Part shown: piece by piece, positions 9,186 through 16,195 of the stretch
How the letters are laid out: every line of letters begins with the position of its first letter
How positions within the stretch are numbered: position 1 is the first letter of the stretch
Virus record (IMG/VR): IMGVR_UViG_3300027741_000038
Origin: an uncultured virus (IMG/VR IMGVR_UViG_3300027741_000038)
Lineage: Duplodnaviria > Heunggongvirae > Uroviricota > Caudoviricetes
DNA length: 64,000 nucleotides
Direction: 5' to 3' (one strand)
Translations under genes and position numbers: made by a program
The notes under the pieces: model-generated
Databases searched by the model: none
What the model was told of the DNA's origin: nothing
What the model saw: the letters and a program-made list of their open reading frames with translations, nothing else

Positions 9186-9641
9186 TTATTTCTCCTTTAG
9201 TATTCTGACTATTTCATGAAACTTATCAAAATCACACACATTTCTTCCAAAATTTGCAAATCTTGAAGTGATTACTATATTATCTTTTGTATAATCACCG
9301 CTCACATCTATCTTATCAATAGAAGGAGCAAGTGGATGTTTTGGCATCCAGTCTGGGTGATCCTTGTATAGTAGTCCTAAATCTAATTGTACACCAAACC
9401 AATAACAACGCCCGTCTTGTTTTTCCCAAATTTCTTTAAGCTCTTCTGGTGTAACTATAATTTTTGCTGGTACCCAAGGTCTTTGGTTTTCTCCAGAAGG
9501 ACCGCCAACTGATGAAGCCTTGCCTTCCATTCTTCTTTTATTTGTTGAAGAATTTATGACATTCCAATTACCGCCGCCGTCTTGCCTAACACCGTTAGAC
9601 AGAATAGATGACCATAGTTTTTTAAAGTAATCTCTTTTCAT
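9186..9641 (-). CDS. HNH-like (His-Me) endonuclease, possibly homing
   Basis: QDGRCYW...PSIDKID...GDYTKDNI...N; directly follows tRNA-Arg. Confidence 0.7.
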   Translation of the reverse strand: MKRDYFKKLWSSILSNGVRQDGGGNWNVINSSTNKRRMEGKASSVGGPSGENQRPWVPAKIIVTPEELKEIWEKQDGRCYWFGVQLDLGLLYKDHPDWMPKHPLAPSIDKIDVSGDYTKDNIVITSRFANFGRNVCDFDKFHEIVRILKEK

Positions 9642-9642
9642 G

Positions 9643-9714
9643 CACCCTCAGCAGGAATCGAACCTGCGACGCTTGGCTTAGAAGTCCAACGCTCTTCCTC
9701 TGAGCTATGAAGGC
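9643..9714 (-). tRNA. tRNA-Arg(UCU)
   Basis: Cloverleaf gccttca/tgagggt, anticodon loop CT-TCT-AA, GGTTCGATTCC T-arm; no encoded CCA. Confidence 0.9.
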
Positions 9715-9720
9715 AAATAC

Positions 9721-9746
9721 AAAAGGTACTATTTCTAGTACCCTTT
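9721..9746 (-). terminator. putative terminator after dps
   Basis: ggtacta/tagtacc stem followed by T-tract on minus. Confidence 0.5.
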
Positions 9747-9773
9747 ATATAAATCAGAATGCTGATCCGCTAA

Positions 9774-10223
9774 TTACATTATAGTTGTTTTAATTGATGC
9801 TGTCAATTGCCAGTTCCAAAATTCATGCTGTGCTAATCTATCTGCAAAAAAATTAAGAATTGATTGTTCACGAGAAGCATCTGCAACATCGCAAGCACTC
9901 TTTAATTTTTCAATAATATGATTGTTTGTTGTAATTAATTCAAGATACATCTGTGTGGCACTTAATTCAAGCGAATCATTAATTTTTAAATCACTGTTTG
10001 CTTGTAGCTGAGCTAATCCAAATGGTGCTTTTGAATTTAATTTACGAATATTTTCTGCATATGTATCAATTGAATCAAATAGATCTTCATAGATTTCTAG
10101 GAAAAATGCGTGATCTTGCTTAAACATACGACCTTCTACATTCCAGTGATATCCGTGTGATTGTGCATACATATTCATTGAATCTGCTTGCAGTTCTTTT
10201 AGTACCTTAATTAATGCTTCCAT
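9774..10223 (-). CDS. dps: Dps/ferritin-like DNA protection protein (leaderless)
   Basis: HGYHWNVEG..F...H..F.EIYE...D..AE ferroxidase motif; TGGTATAAT 6 nt before ATG. Confidence 0.92.
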   Translation of the reverse strand: MEALIKVLKELQADSMNMYAQSHGYHWNVEGRMFKQDHAFFLEIYEDLFDSIDTYAENIRKLNSKAPFGLAQLQANSDLKINDSLELSATQMYLELITTNNHIIEKLKSACDVADASREQSILNFFADRLAQHEFWNWQLTASIKTTIM

Positions 10224-10244
10224 GCTTTTATTATACCAGCTTTT

Positions 10245-10388
10245 TTAATTAGAGCCTTTTGCTTTATATCCTCTATAGCCTGTTTTCTTCTTATTCATTG
10301 AGCCAGGCTTGTGGTACCCGCCTTTATTTGGCGTTGCTGCTTGGCGTTGAGCCAAAGCCTTTTCAACTTTGTCAAGATGCTTTCCCAT
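10245..10388 (-). CDS. 47-aa basic peptide (not in ORF track)
   Basis: MGKHLDKVEKALAQRQAATPNKGGYHKPGSMNKKKTGYRGYKAKGSN; AAGGAG SD; own TTGACA-N18-TATAAT promoter. Confidence 0.75.
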   Translation of the reverse strand: MGKHLDKVEKALAQRQAATPNKGGYHKPGSMNKKKTGYRGYKAKGSN

Positions 10389-10485
10389 TTTTTCTCCTTG
10401 TTTGGTTATTATTATTATAGTACGTTTACTACAATTTTGTCAACAGTTTTGCGTGAAATAAATCACAATGTATAATTACTTTATC

Positions 10486-10785
10486 ATGTCATCTATTAAT
10501 ATTATTCTTGCAGTTGGCGGAATTGCAACTGCTTTAGCAGCAATTGGTTATATTTTAGCAAAAGGATTTAAATTTATTCAATCTGCTACAAGATTTATGG
10601 ATGATTGGTACGGTACAGAAGAGTATCCAGGTGTGGTGGAAAGATTAGCACACGGTAATGCAAGATTTGATAATATTGAAAAAGAAATCAGCATAGTTAA
10701 AGCTGAATTATTTAATAACGGCGGATCATCATTGCGTGATTCAATTGATAGAATTGAAGAAGCCGTAACTAAAAAAAATAAATAA
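10486..10785 (+). CDS. membrane protein with coiled coil, lysis-associated type
   Basis: N-terminal TM, NGGSSLRDSIDRIE motif as in actinophage membrane proteins; TATAAT at 10471. Confidence 0.7.
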   Translation: MSSINIILAVGGIATALAAIGYILAKGFKFIQSATRFMDDWYGTEEYPGVVERLAHGNARFDNIEKEISIVKAELFNNGGSSLRDSIDRIEEAVTKKNK

Positions 10786-10786
10786 A

Positions 10787-10853
10787 GAGCAGTTTTTGTT
10801 TGGGGCTTGCTCAGGCCCCTAATCTGCGACTTCCCGATGAATGGATGCAGATT
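10787..10853 (-). ncRNA. candidate structured RNA: hairpin plus H-type pseudoknot
   Basis: AAUCUGC/GCAGAUU stem; GGGGC/GCCCC stem whose loop GAGCA pairs with UGCUC after an A-rich linker; U-rich tail. Confidence 0.55.
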
Positions 10854-10866
10854 TATATTATATACC

Positions 10867-11301
10867 TTATTTTATTTTAATGGTCTTAGGCTTTGCTTCT
10901 TCTGGAAGTTCCCGTTCAATATTAATTGAAAGTAATCCATTTTCAAGTGAAGCAGACTTAACAATCATATACTCGCCCAATGTAAAGTGTTGAGTAAAGT
11001 TACGTCCAGCAATTCCACGATGCAAGAAATCAGACTTTTCATCTTTTTCTTTTTCGCTCTTAATTGTTAGAGTATCTTTTTCTACCTTAATATCAAGGTC
11101 TTCACGGGAATATCCCGCAACTGCAAGTTCAATTACATAATTGTCCTCGTCAACCTTTTTTACATTATATGGTGGGAATTGAGATGTTGTTTTTTTATTT
11201 GATTCCCATCTTACAAACTGATCATTAAACCCTAGAAAGAACGGGTCATTAAAAATAGATTGAATTTGTACAAATGGGTCTATATACTTTAGATGTGTCA
11301 T
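10867..11301 (-). CDS. hsp20: small heat-shock protein (Hsp20/IbpA family)
   Basis: FPPYNV, IELAVAG, LHRGIAGRNF, ASLENGLLSI. Confidence 0.93.
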   Translation of the reverse strand: MTHLKYIDPFVQIQSIFNDPFFLGFNDQFVRWESNKKTTSQFPPYNVKKVDEDNYVIELAVAGYSREDLDIKVEKDTLTIKSEKEKDEKSDFLHRGIAGRNFTQHFTLGEYMIVKSASLENGLLSINIERELPEEAKPKTIKIK

Positions 11302-11360
11302 GTTACTTAGCTCCTTTTCAGCAAGTTAGTTAAATTCAGAACCCTTACGGCATTCTGTAT
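11302..11360 (-). promoter_or_regulatory. ROSE-like RNA thermometer in the hsp20 5' UTR
   Basis: CUUGCU-GAAA-AGGAG hairpin masks the SD with a bulged G; upstream CAGAA/UUCUG hairpin; TGATATAAT just upstream. Confidence 0.65.
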
Positions 11361-11377
11361 ATATATTATATCACAAA

Positions 11378-12415
11378 CTATGAATTAGATCTACCATGCT
11401 GATCGGAACGATTTCCGTATCCCACACTTGGCTTCCCGTCATTTTGCGGTGGGCTATTGTAAGTTGATCTCCAACCAACATCTCCCATACGATCACCAAA
11501 ATTAGTTCCAGAAACTATGTCTCCTGTAGGAGTAAATACTCCATCCCAAATAGATGTTGAATCTTTTGTTGGAACTGGATCTCCACCTTTTACAATAGGT
11601 TCATTTACTGCAATTGCAGCCATAGCTTCTTCTGCATGTGCTTTAGTTGTATAGCAACCAATTACTTGACCAGTTCCCACTTTAGTAATAGCATATCCGC
11701 CTTGGCAATCTGGAACATTGTATTCAAGTTTAAATCCATTTCCGCCGCCCAATCTTCCAGCACCAGCTGATTCTTTTTCAATTTTGTTTTCTCTGTTTAC
11801 AATAGCACGAGACCATGCAAATCCTGCATCTCCGCCCCAAGCATTCCACATAATTTTTCCGTTAGAAGGATCGTTCCAATTTTTGCCCTTTTTATCAACT
11901 TCATGTCTTGAAAAGAAAGAATACATTCTTTTAACTGTATCAAGAGACATTGATCTTCCAGCAACTATATCACTTGCACGACCCCAACCTACGGGTGTTC
12001 CTGCTCCAGTTGCTAGGCCTGCATCTCTCCATTTTAATGCACGGCGTGCCGCTGCTTTCATTCCCGCATTTGGCTGATATCCACCATCAGCTTTTTTGAC
12101 TGGAATACAATTAGGAACTGTCTTTCCATCTTTATCTTTAGTCCCAGCATATTCATAGCCTTCCCAACATGGGCCTTGTCCTTTTTCAATACATGAGATA
12201 CATTTTTCTGTATCTGAAATATAATGATGATCATTACCTAAATCATCGCATCCGCAAGTCATGCATTTTTTTACACTTGCTTCTGGTTCATTGGCATATA
12301 AAGCAGCCATTTGTGCTTGTGCTTTTTGTTTGCTTGGATGTGTTCCAGCAACATGTCCAGTATTTTGTGCTACTACTGAAAACTTATCTCCGTGTTGAAT
12401 TATTTTATATGGCAT
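11378..12415 (-). CDS. modular head-associated protein (leaderless)
   Basis: Two related small domains ending AQMAALYANE/EAMAAIAVNE, PCWEGY..VPNC module, RMYSFFSRH domain, SIWDGVF; TGATATAAT 6 nt before ATG. Confidence 0.7.
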   Translation of the reverse strand: MPYKIIQHGDKFSVVAQNTGHVAGTHPSKQKAQAQMAALYANEPEASVKKCMTCGCDDLGNDHHYISDTEKCISCIEKGQGPCWEGYEYAGTKDKDGKTVPNCIPVKKADGGYQPNAGMKAAARRALKWRDAGLATGAGTPVGWGRASDIVAGRSMSLDTVKRMYSFFSRHEVDKKGKNWNDPSNGKIMWNAWGGDAGFAWSRAIVNRENKIEKESAGAGRLGGGNGFKLEYNVPDCQGGYAITKVGTGQVIGCYTTKAHAEEAMAAIAVNEPIVKGGDPVPTKDSTSIWDGVFTPTGDIVSGTNFGDRMGDVGWRSTYNSPPQNDGKPSVGYGNRSDQHGRSNS

Positions 12416-12431
12416 AGTAATATTATATCAG

Positions 12432-12502
12432 CTCCCTGACCTGGATTCGAACCAAGATACCCGCCTCCAAAGGGCGGTGTCCTACCGTTAGACGATCTGG
12501 GA
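12432..12502 (-). tRNA. tRNA-Gln(UUG)
   Basis: Anticodon arm ccgcc-CT-TTG-GA-ggcgg; GGTTCGAATCC T-arm. Confidence 0.9.
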
Positions 12503-12503
12503 A

Positions 12504-12594
12504 TGGCGGAAGATGTAGGATTCGAACCTACGGTAGTTTTTAACACTACGATCAGTTAGCAACCGATTGCTTTAGACCACTCAGCCAATCTTCC
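12504..12594 (-). tRNA. tRNA-Ser(GCU)
   Basis: atcgg-TT-GCT-AA-ctgat, long variable arm, encoded CCA. Confidence 0.93.
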
Positions 12595-12595
12595 G

Positions 12596-12668
12596 TACCC
12601 ATAGTTGGATTTGAACCAACGCTTTCACGATTTTAAGTCGTGTGCCTCTACCACTGGGCTATAAGGGC
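12596..12668 (-). tRNA. tRNA-Leu(UAA), short variable loop
   Basis: cacga-CT-TAA-AA-tcgtg; 5-nt variable region; discriminator A. Confidence 0.88.
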
Positions 12669-12672
12669 TTAG

Positions 12673-12743
12673 AGCGAATAGCGAGAATCGAACTCGCACA
12701 TTAACCTTGGCAAGGTTACGCACTACCACTATGCAATATTCGC
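12673..12743 (-). tRNA. tRNA-Gly(GCC)
   Basis: gcgaata/tattcgc acceptor, taacc-TT-GCC-AA-ggtta, discriminator U. Confidence 0.93.
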
Positions 12744-12744
12744 A

Positions 12745-12872
12745 GGGGCTATAAACGATTGCGACTTCCAGTTGCACATGACGTACATGCTGTATCTGTC
12801 TCACACGCCACTCATCCGAGTTTCGGGTGTATATGTAACTATAACATCCTAAGTTGTGTCGTTTATAGCCTT
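12745..12872. ncRNA. unknown structured RNA/element with a 23S helix-69-like hairpin
   Basis: Perfect 12-bp terminal inverted repeat ggctataaacga/tcgtttatagcc extended by G-U pairs; three internal hairpins; fills the gap between two tRNAs. Confidence 0.7.
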
Positions 12873-12873
12873 G

Positions 12874-12947
12874 TAGAGCAAGTAGGACTTGAACCTACGA
12901 TTACCGAATTATGAGTTCGGGGCTTTAACCAACTAAGCTATTGCTCC
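12874..12947 (-). tRNA. tRNA with CAU anticodon, probably Ile2 (lysidine); elongator Met not excluded
   Basis: ccgaa-CT-CAT-AA-ttcgg; lacks the initiator GGG/CCC anticodon stem. Confidence 0.85.
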
Positions 12948-12955
12948 CTATTTAA

Positions 12956-13195
12956 TTATGCGTGTGGAGGTTTTTTTGCTTTATTTTCTTTTATTTTATG
13001 CCGCTCATCAATAGTTTCATATGCAAACACTGATAATGCTTTTTCATTTTTTGCGTAGTGATGACCGCAAAACATAAGTTGACCTGTTACGCCTTTTACT
13101 AAAACTAAGGCTTCTGCATAACATTGATCGCAACGATCAAGTGGGCTTAATACATACTGTACTTCTTCTGCAACTGATTCTATTGTCATATTCAT
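12956..13195 (-). CDS. small zinc-binding actinobacterial-type protein
   Basis: DRCDQC...LMFCGHH; start moved downstream of tRNA-Asn. Confidence 0.75.
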   Translation of the reverse strand: MNMTIESVAEEVQYVLSPLDRCDQCYAEALVLVKGVTGQLMFCGHHYAKNEKALSVFAYETIDERHKIKENKAKKPPHA

Positions 13196-13230
13196 AATTA
13201 TACTCTCTCTAGTAGTTGTTTTGTAATTTG

Positions 13231-13303
13231 CTGGCCCACCAGGTCTCGATCCTGGGACATTCGAATTAACAGTTCGACGCTCTACCAACTGAGCTATGGG
13301 CCA
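13231..13303 (-). tRNA. tRNA-Asn(GUU)
   Basis: tggccca/tgggcca acceptor, tcgaa-CT-GTT-AA-ttcga; atypical T-arm GATCGAG. Confidence 0.9.
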
Positions 13304-13313
13304 TCAGTAAAAT

Positions 13314-13601
13314 TTATTCTACTATACCAAATGGATTTTTGTCAATCATTTTAAGCAAATCTTCTGGACTATCAATTAATCTTCTTTGTGCTTCAAACTT
13401 GCCCAACTGTACCATTTCATCTGCAATTGTGTGCATCATATCAAGCAATCCTGCAGCATATCTTTTATTTTTAGGATCAGCTTCTTCAATTTCTTTTTGC
13501 ATGTTTACAACTGATTGTGTAAAATATTCGCAAAGTTGTGTAAGCGAAATATAAATATCTTTTTCATCTTCAATTGTTCTTATTGTGCCATTTGCCAACA
13601 T
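13314..13601 (-). CDS. hypothetical protein
   Basis: ORF with AAAGG SD. Confidence 0.7.
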   Translation of the reverse strand: MLANGTIRTIEDEKDIYISLTQLCEYFTQSVVNMQKEIEEADPKNKRYAAGLLDMMHTIADEMVQLGKFEAQRRLIDSPEDLLKMIDKNPFGIVE

Positions 13602-13640
13602 ATTTTTTTTCCTTTATTAGTGGTTATAGGTTGTAGTCTA

Positions 13641-15488
13641 TCAGAGCATACGAATGCTGTCAATAGGAGATTCATCTTCATCTTCTTCTATTCCTAGATA
13701 ATCCCGCAAATTTGATGGCATCTCTTCTCTATCTGGAAGCTTAATTGTTTTATTTCTAATAAGTCTGGCATCTGATTCTTTTCTTAATTGATCTAATTCA
13801 TCTGAAAATACCCCAGCGTAAGTATATAGTTCAACTTCAGGGTTTATATCCCTAGGTGTTAACGCTACTGAGTTGTATATCGCCCCGCAAACGGCATCTG
13901 AGAGGTCCTTAGAGCCTTTTCTAGGGTGGTCTACCTTATCCTTTACAATACGCAATTGAAGCAGTTCATCAATCAGCAGTTGAATCCTGGGTCCGTCTAC
14001 CCGCTCTTCAGTAATACATAGTGACATATCCTCGTAATGCTTTTTAGCAACAGACAAAGTTTCACAATTCATTCCATGAGCTTTTAACTGTTGCATCATA
14101 TCGTGTGAATTCCAACGGTCAAATGTAACCATCTTAATATTAAATCCACGTTCTCTTAAACTAATTATATATTCTTTTACTTCTGTAAAATCTACTGATC
14201 GTGATGATGTAGGTGTCCAAAATCTTACTGCGTCTACTATAATTCTTGGGGCTGCTTCTTTCATCTTGTCCCCAATTTTCATTGTAACCCAGTTATGAAC
14301 ATGAGCTAATGCTACGGCACAATGGTCATGTTTTTGTGCAAGGTCAACGTGAATGTAGTACCATTTTTCTGGATCTGGTTTAAAAGTATCAGCAAAGCGA
14401 CCATACGAATCTACATTTAAATTAGGATTTGCAAATGCTTTTTCAATTACTGCACGGTTTTTAAAGAAAGCGTCTGTTGCATCTGGTGGCATACAAGCAA
14501 AACGAGATAACGCATCAGTTGGGTCTGTATAAAAATCAATAGTAAAATCTGTTATTTTACGTGTAGGATTTACCTCCCATGTTGGTCTTTTAAGTGCATA
14601 TACTCTAGGAATTTTGTAGGAAACAATATGATCTTCTTCCCATTCCATTTCAAATTCATTTCCCTCCACGCCATCTGGCAACTCTGGATCTACTTTAAAT
14701 TTCCAATGTCGTAATATAACTTCTTTTTCAGCAATAACGTCATTATATCTTTGTTGAATGTAATCATTTTTAAAACGTGGAAATGAAAGCAAAATTACTT
14801 TGCCAAAATCTGGAAAACGAGAGTTTACAGATGCACGATACATCTTATATATAGATGATGCTGTCTTTGCTTGTTCATTCCCAGATGTTGACTCTAGGTC
14901 AAAACCTGAAATTTCATCAAGAATAACAACAAGAACGTTATATCCTTCCCAAGCTTCTCTTTCTGAGTGACCTGAGTGAACTGTAACGCCTTTATCAAAT
15001 TCAACCATGTTAGCTTTTGATATATACTTGCCTTGAAACCAAGGTGATTTTTCAATACGTTGGTTAAATCCTTTAAAGAATACTCGATTTGCCTGAACTG
15101 CGTTAATAGCAATGTTAATAATATCAATTGCATCGCCTGGGGGTTTGCCATAATATCTGGCAGGATCTGTAAGACAAAGAAGTAAATGCACCATATATGC
15201 ACAAGCAATAGTAGAAGTATAGTCCTTACCAGAACCCTTACCAAGTTGTAGAATTACTTCATTACATGTTTGTTTAAATATCTTGCGACCTTCATCTTCC
15301 CCATAAATTTTAATTAGGGTTTCTTGCTTATAAATTTGAGTAGATGCTTTGATCATTGTGTATTGATGTTCTGATAAAGAAGGTAAGCCTAAGTAATCTC
15401 TGCTTGTTACAAACTCTTCAAGAGGTGCTGGTTTTTCTACAAACTCATCACCTTCAAGAGCATCTAAAAAAATGTTAAATTCGGACAT
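13641..15488 (-). CDS. terL: terminase large subunit
   Basis: Walker A GKGSGKD, Walker B ILDE, nuclease HVDLA, FDRWNS, DHPRKGSKDLSDA. Confidence 0.93.
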   Translation of the reverse strand: MSEFNIFLDALEGDEFVEKPAPLEEFVTSRDYLGLPSLSEHQYTMIKASTQIYKQETLIKIYGEDEGRKIFKQTCNEVILQLGKGSGKDYTSTIACAYMVHLLLCLTDPARYYGKPPGDAIDIINIAINAVQANRVFFKGFNQRIEKSPWFQGKYISKANMVEFDKGVTVHSGHSEREAWEGYNVLVVILDEISGFDLESTSGNEQAKTASSIYKMYRASVNSRFPDFGKVILLSFPRFKNDYIQQRYNDVIAEKEVILRHWKFKVDPELPDGVEGNEFEMEWEEDHIVSYKIPRVYALKRPTWEVNPTRKITDFTIDFYTDPTDALSRFACMPPDATDAFFKNRAVIEKAFANPNLNVDSYGRFADTFKPDPEKWYYIHVDLAQKHDHCAVALAHVHNWVTMKIGDKMKEAAPRIIVDAVRFWTPTSSRSVDFTEVKEYIISLRERGFNIKMVTFDRWNSHDMMQQLKAHGMNCETLSVAKKHYEDMSLCITEERVDGPRIQLLIDELLQLRIVKDKVDHPRKGSKDLSDAVCGAIYNSVALTPRDINPEVELYTYAGVFSDELDQLRKESDARLIRNKTIKLPDREEMPSNLRDYLGIEEDEDESPIDSIRML

Positions 15489-16012
15489 TAGTCTACTATT
15501 ACTGCTTCAATTTGTCCTGTAACCTGAGATAATCTTTTTGACACTTCCCATTTACAGTGTTCACATTTTGCAGTAACATCCTTTAATATTCCAACTAATA
15601 AATCTTGCTTTCTTTCTGATTCTAATATCTGATCAGCCATGGAATCGCTTTCAAGAACTCCCGCTTTATTAAGCATATCAATACGCTTAGCTTCAATGTC
15701 AGCAATAAGTTTTAACGCTGCGTTCTTTGTGTTAAGCTCTGAGGCAATGCCTGCTTCTTCCACAACATTCCAAGCTTCTTTAATCAACATATTGTAATGT
15801 TCGTCTGCTCCAGCAAGAGCTTCTTTTGCACGTTCACGAATAATTTTGCTATCTTGCACAAAATTTTTCCAACTCTTTACATGATTTTCTACTTGAACCC
15901 GAGTAAGTCCTAAACTGGTTGCAATTTTTGCGGGGGAATTGCCTTTAAGCAATTCTTCTACTACTTTATTCATTTGATCAAATTGACCAGCAAGCTCTAT
16001 TGAATTATCCAT
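15488..16012 (-). CDS. putative terminase small subunit
   Basis: N-terminal HTH (SPAKIATSLGLT), helical body, translationally coupled to terL. Confidence 0.65.
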   Translation of the reverse strand: MDNSIELAGQFDQMNKVVEELLKGNSPAKIATSLGLTRVQVENHVKSWKNFVQDSKIIRERAKEALAGADEHYNMLIKEAWNVVEEAGIASELNTKNAALKLIADIEAKRIDMLNKAGVLESDSMADQILESERKQDLLVGILKDVTAKCEHCKWEVSKRLSQVTGQIEAVIVD

Positions 16013-16187
16013 TATCTGTTTTATAAAAACCTGATCCTTTAAATTGTATACCTATATTATTAACTATCATTCTAATCATATAGCTGCCGCATGAACATGT
16101 TAAAGACAAATCTCTATTATCTATTGATCTTTTTTCTTCAACAATGTGTGTTTCATCATCTATACAACGATATTGATATGTTGGCAT
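16005..16187 (-). CDS. FmdB-family zinc-ribbon protein
   Basis: MPTYQYRC...CSCG...FKGSGFYKTD. Confidence 0.85.
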   Translation of the reverse strand: MPTYQYRCIDDETHIVEEKRSIDNRDLSLTCSCGSYMIRMIVNNIGIQFKGSGFYKTDNG

Positions 16188-16195
16188 ATTTTTTC

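Noticed and set aside
12745..12872. rRNA gene fragment, hammerhead ribozyme or retron ncRNA
   Set aside because: rRNA similarity is short and non-colinear; no CUGAUGA core in hammerhead order; no reverse transcriptase in the window
13196..13288. N-terminal extension of ORF 12956..13288
   Set aside because: Overlaps tRNA-Asn; a better start with SD lies at 13195
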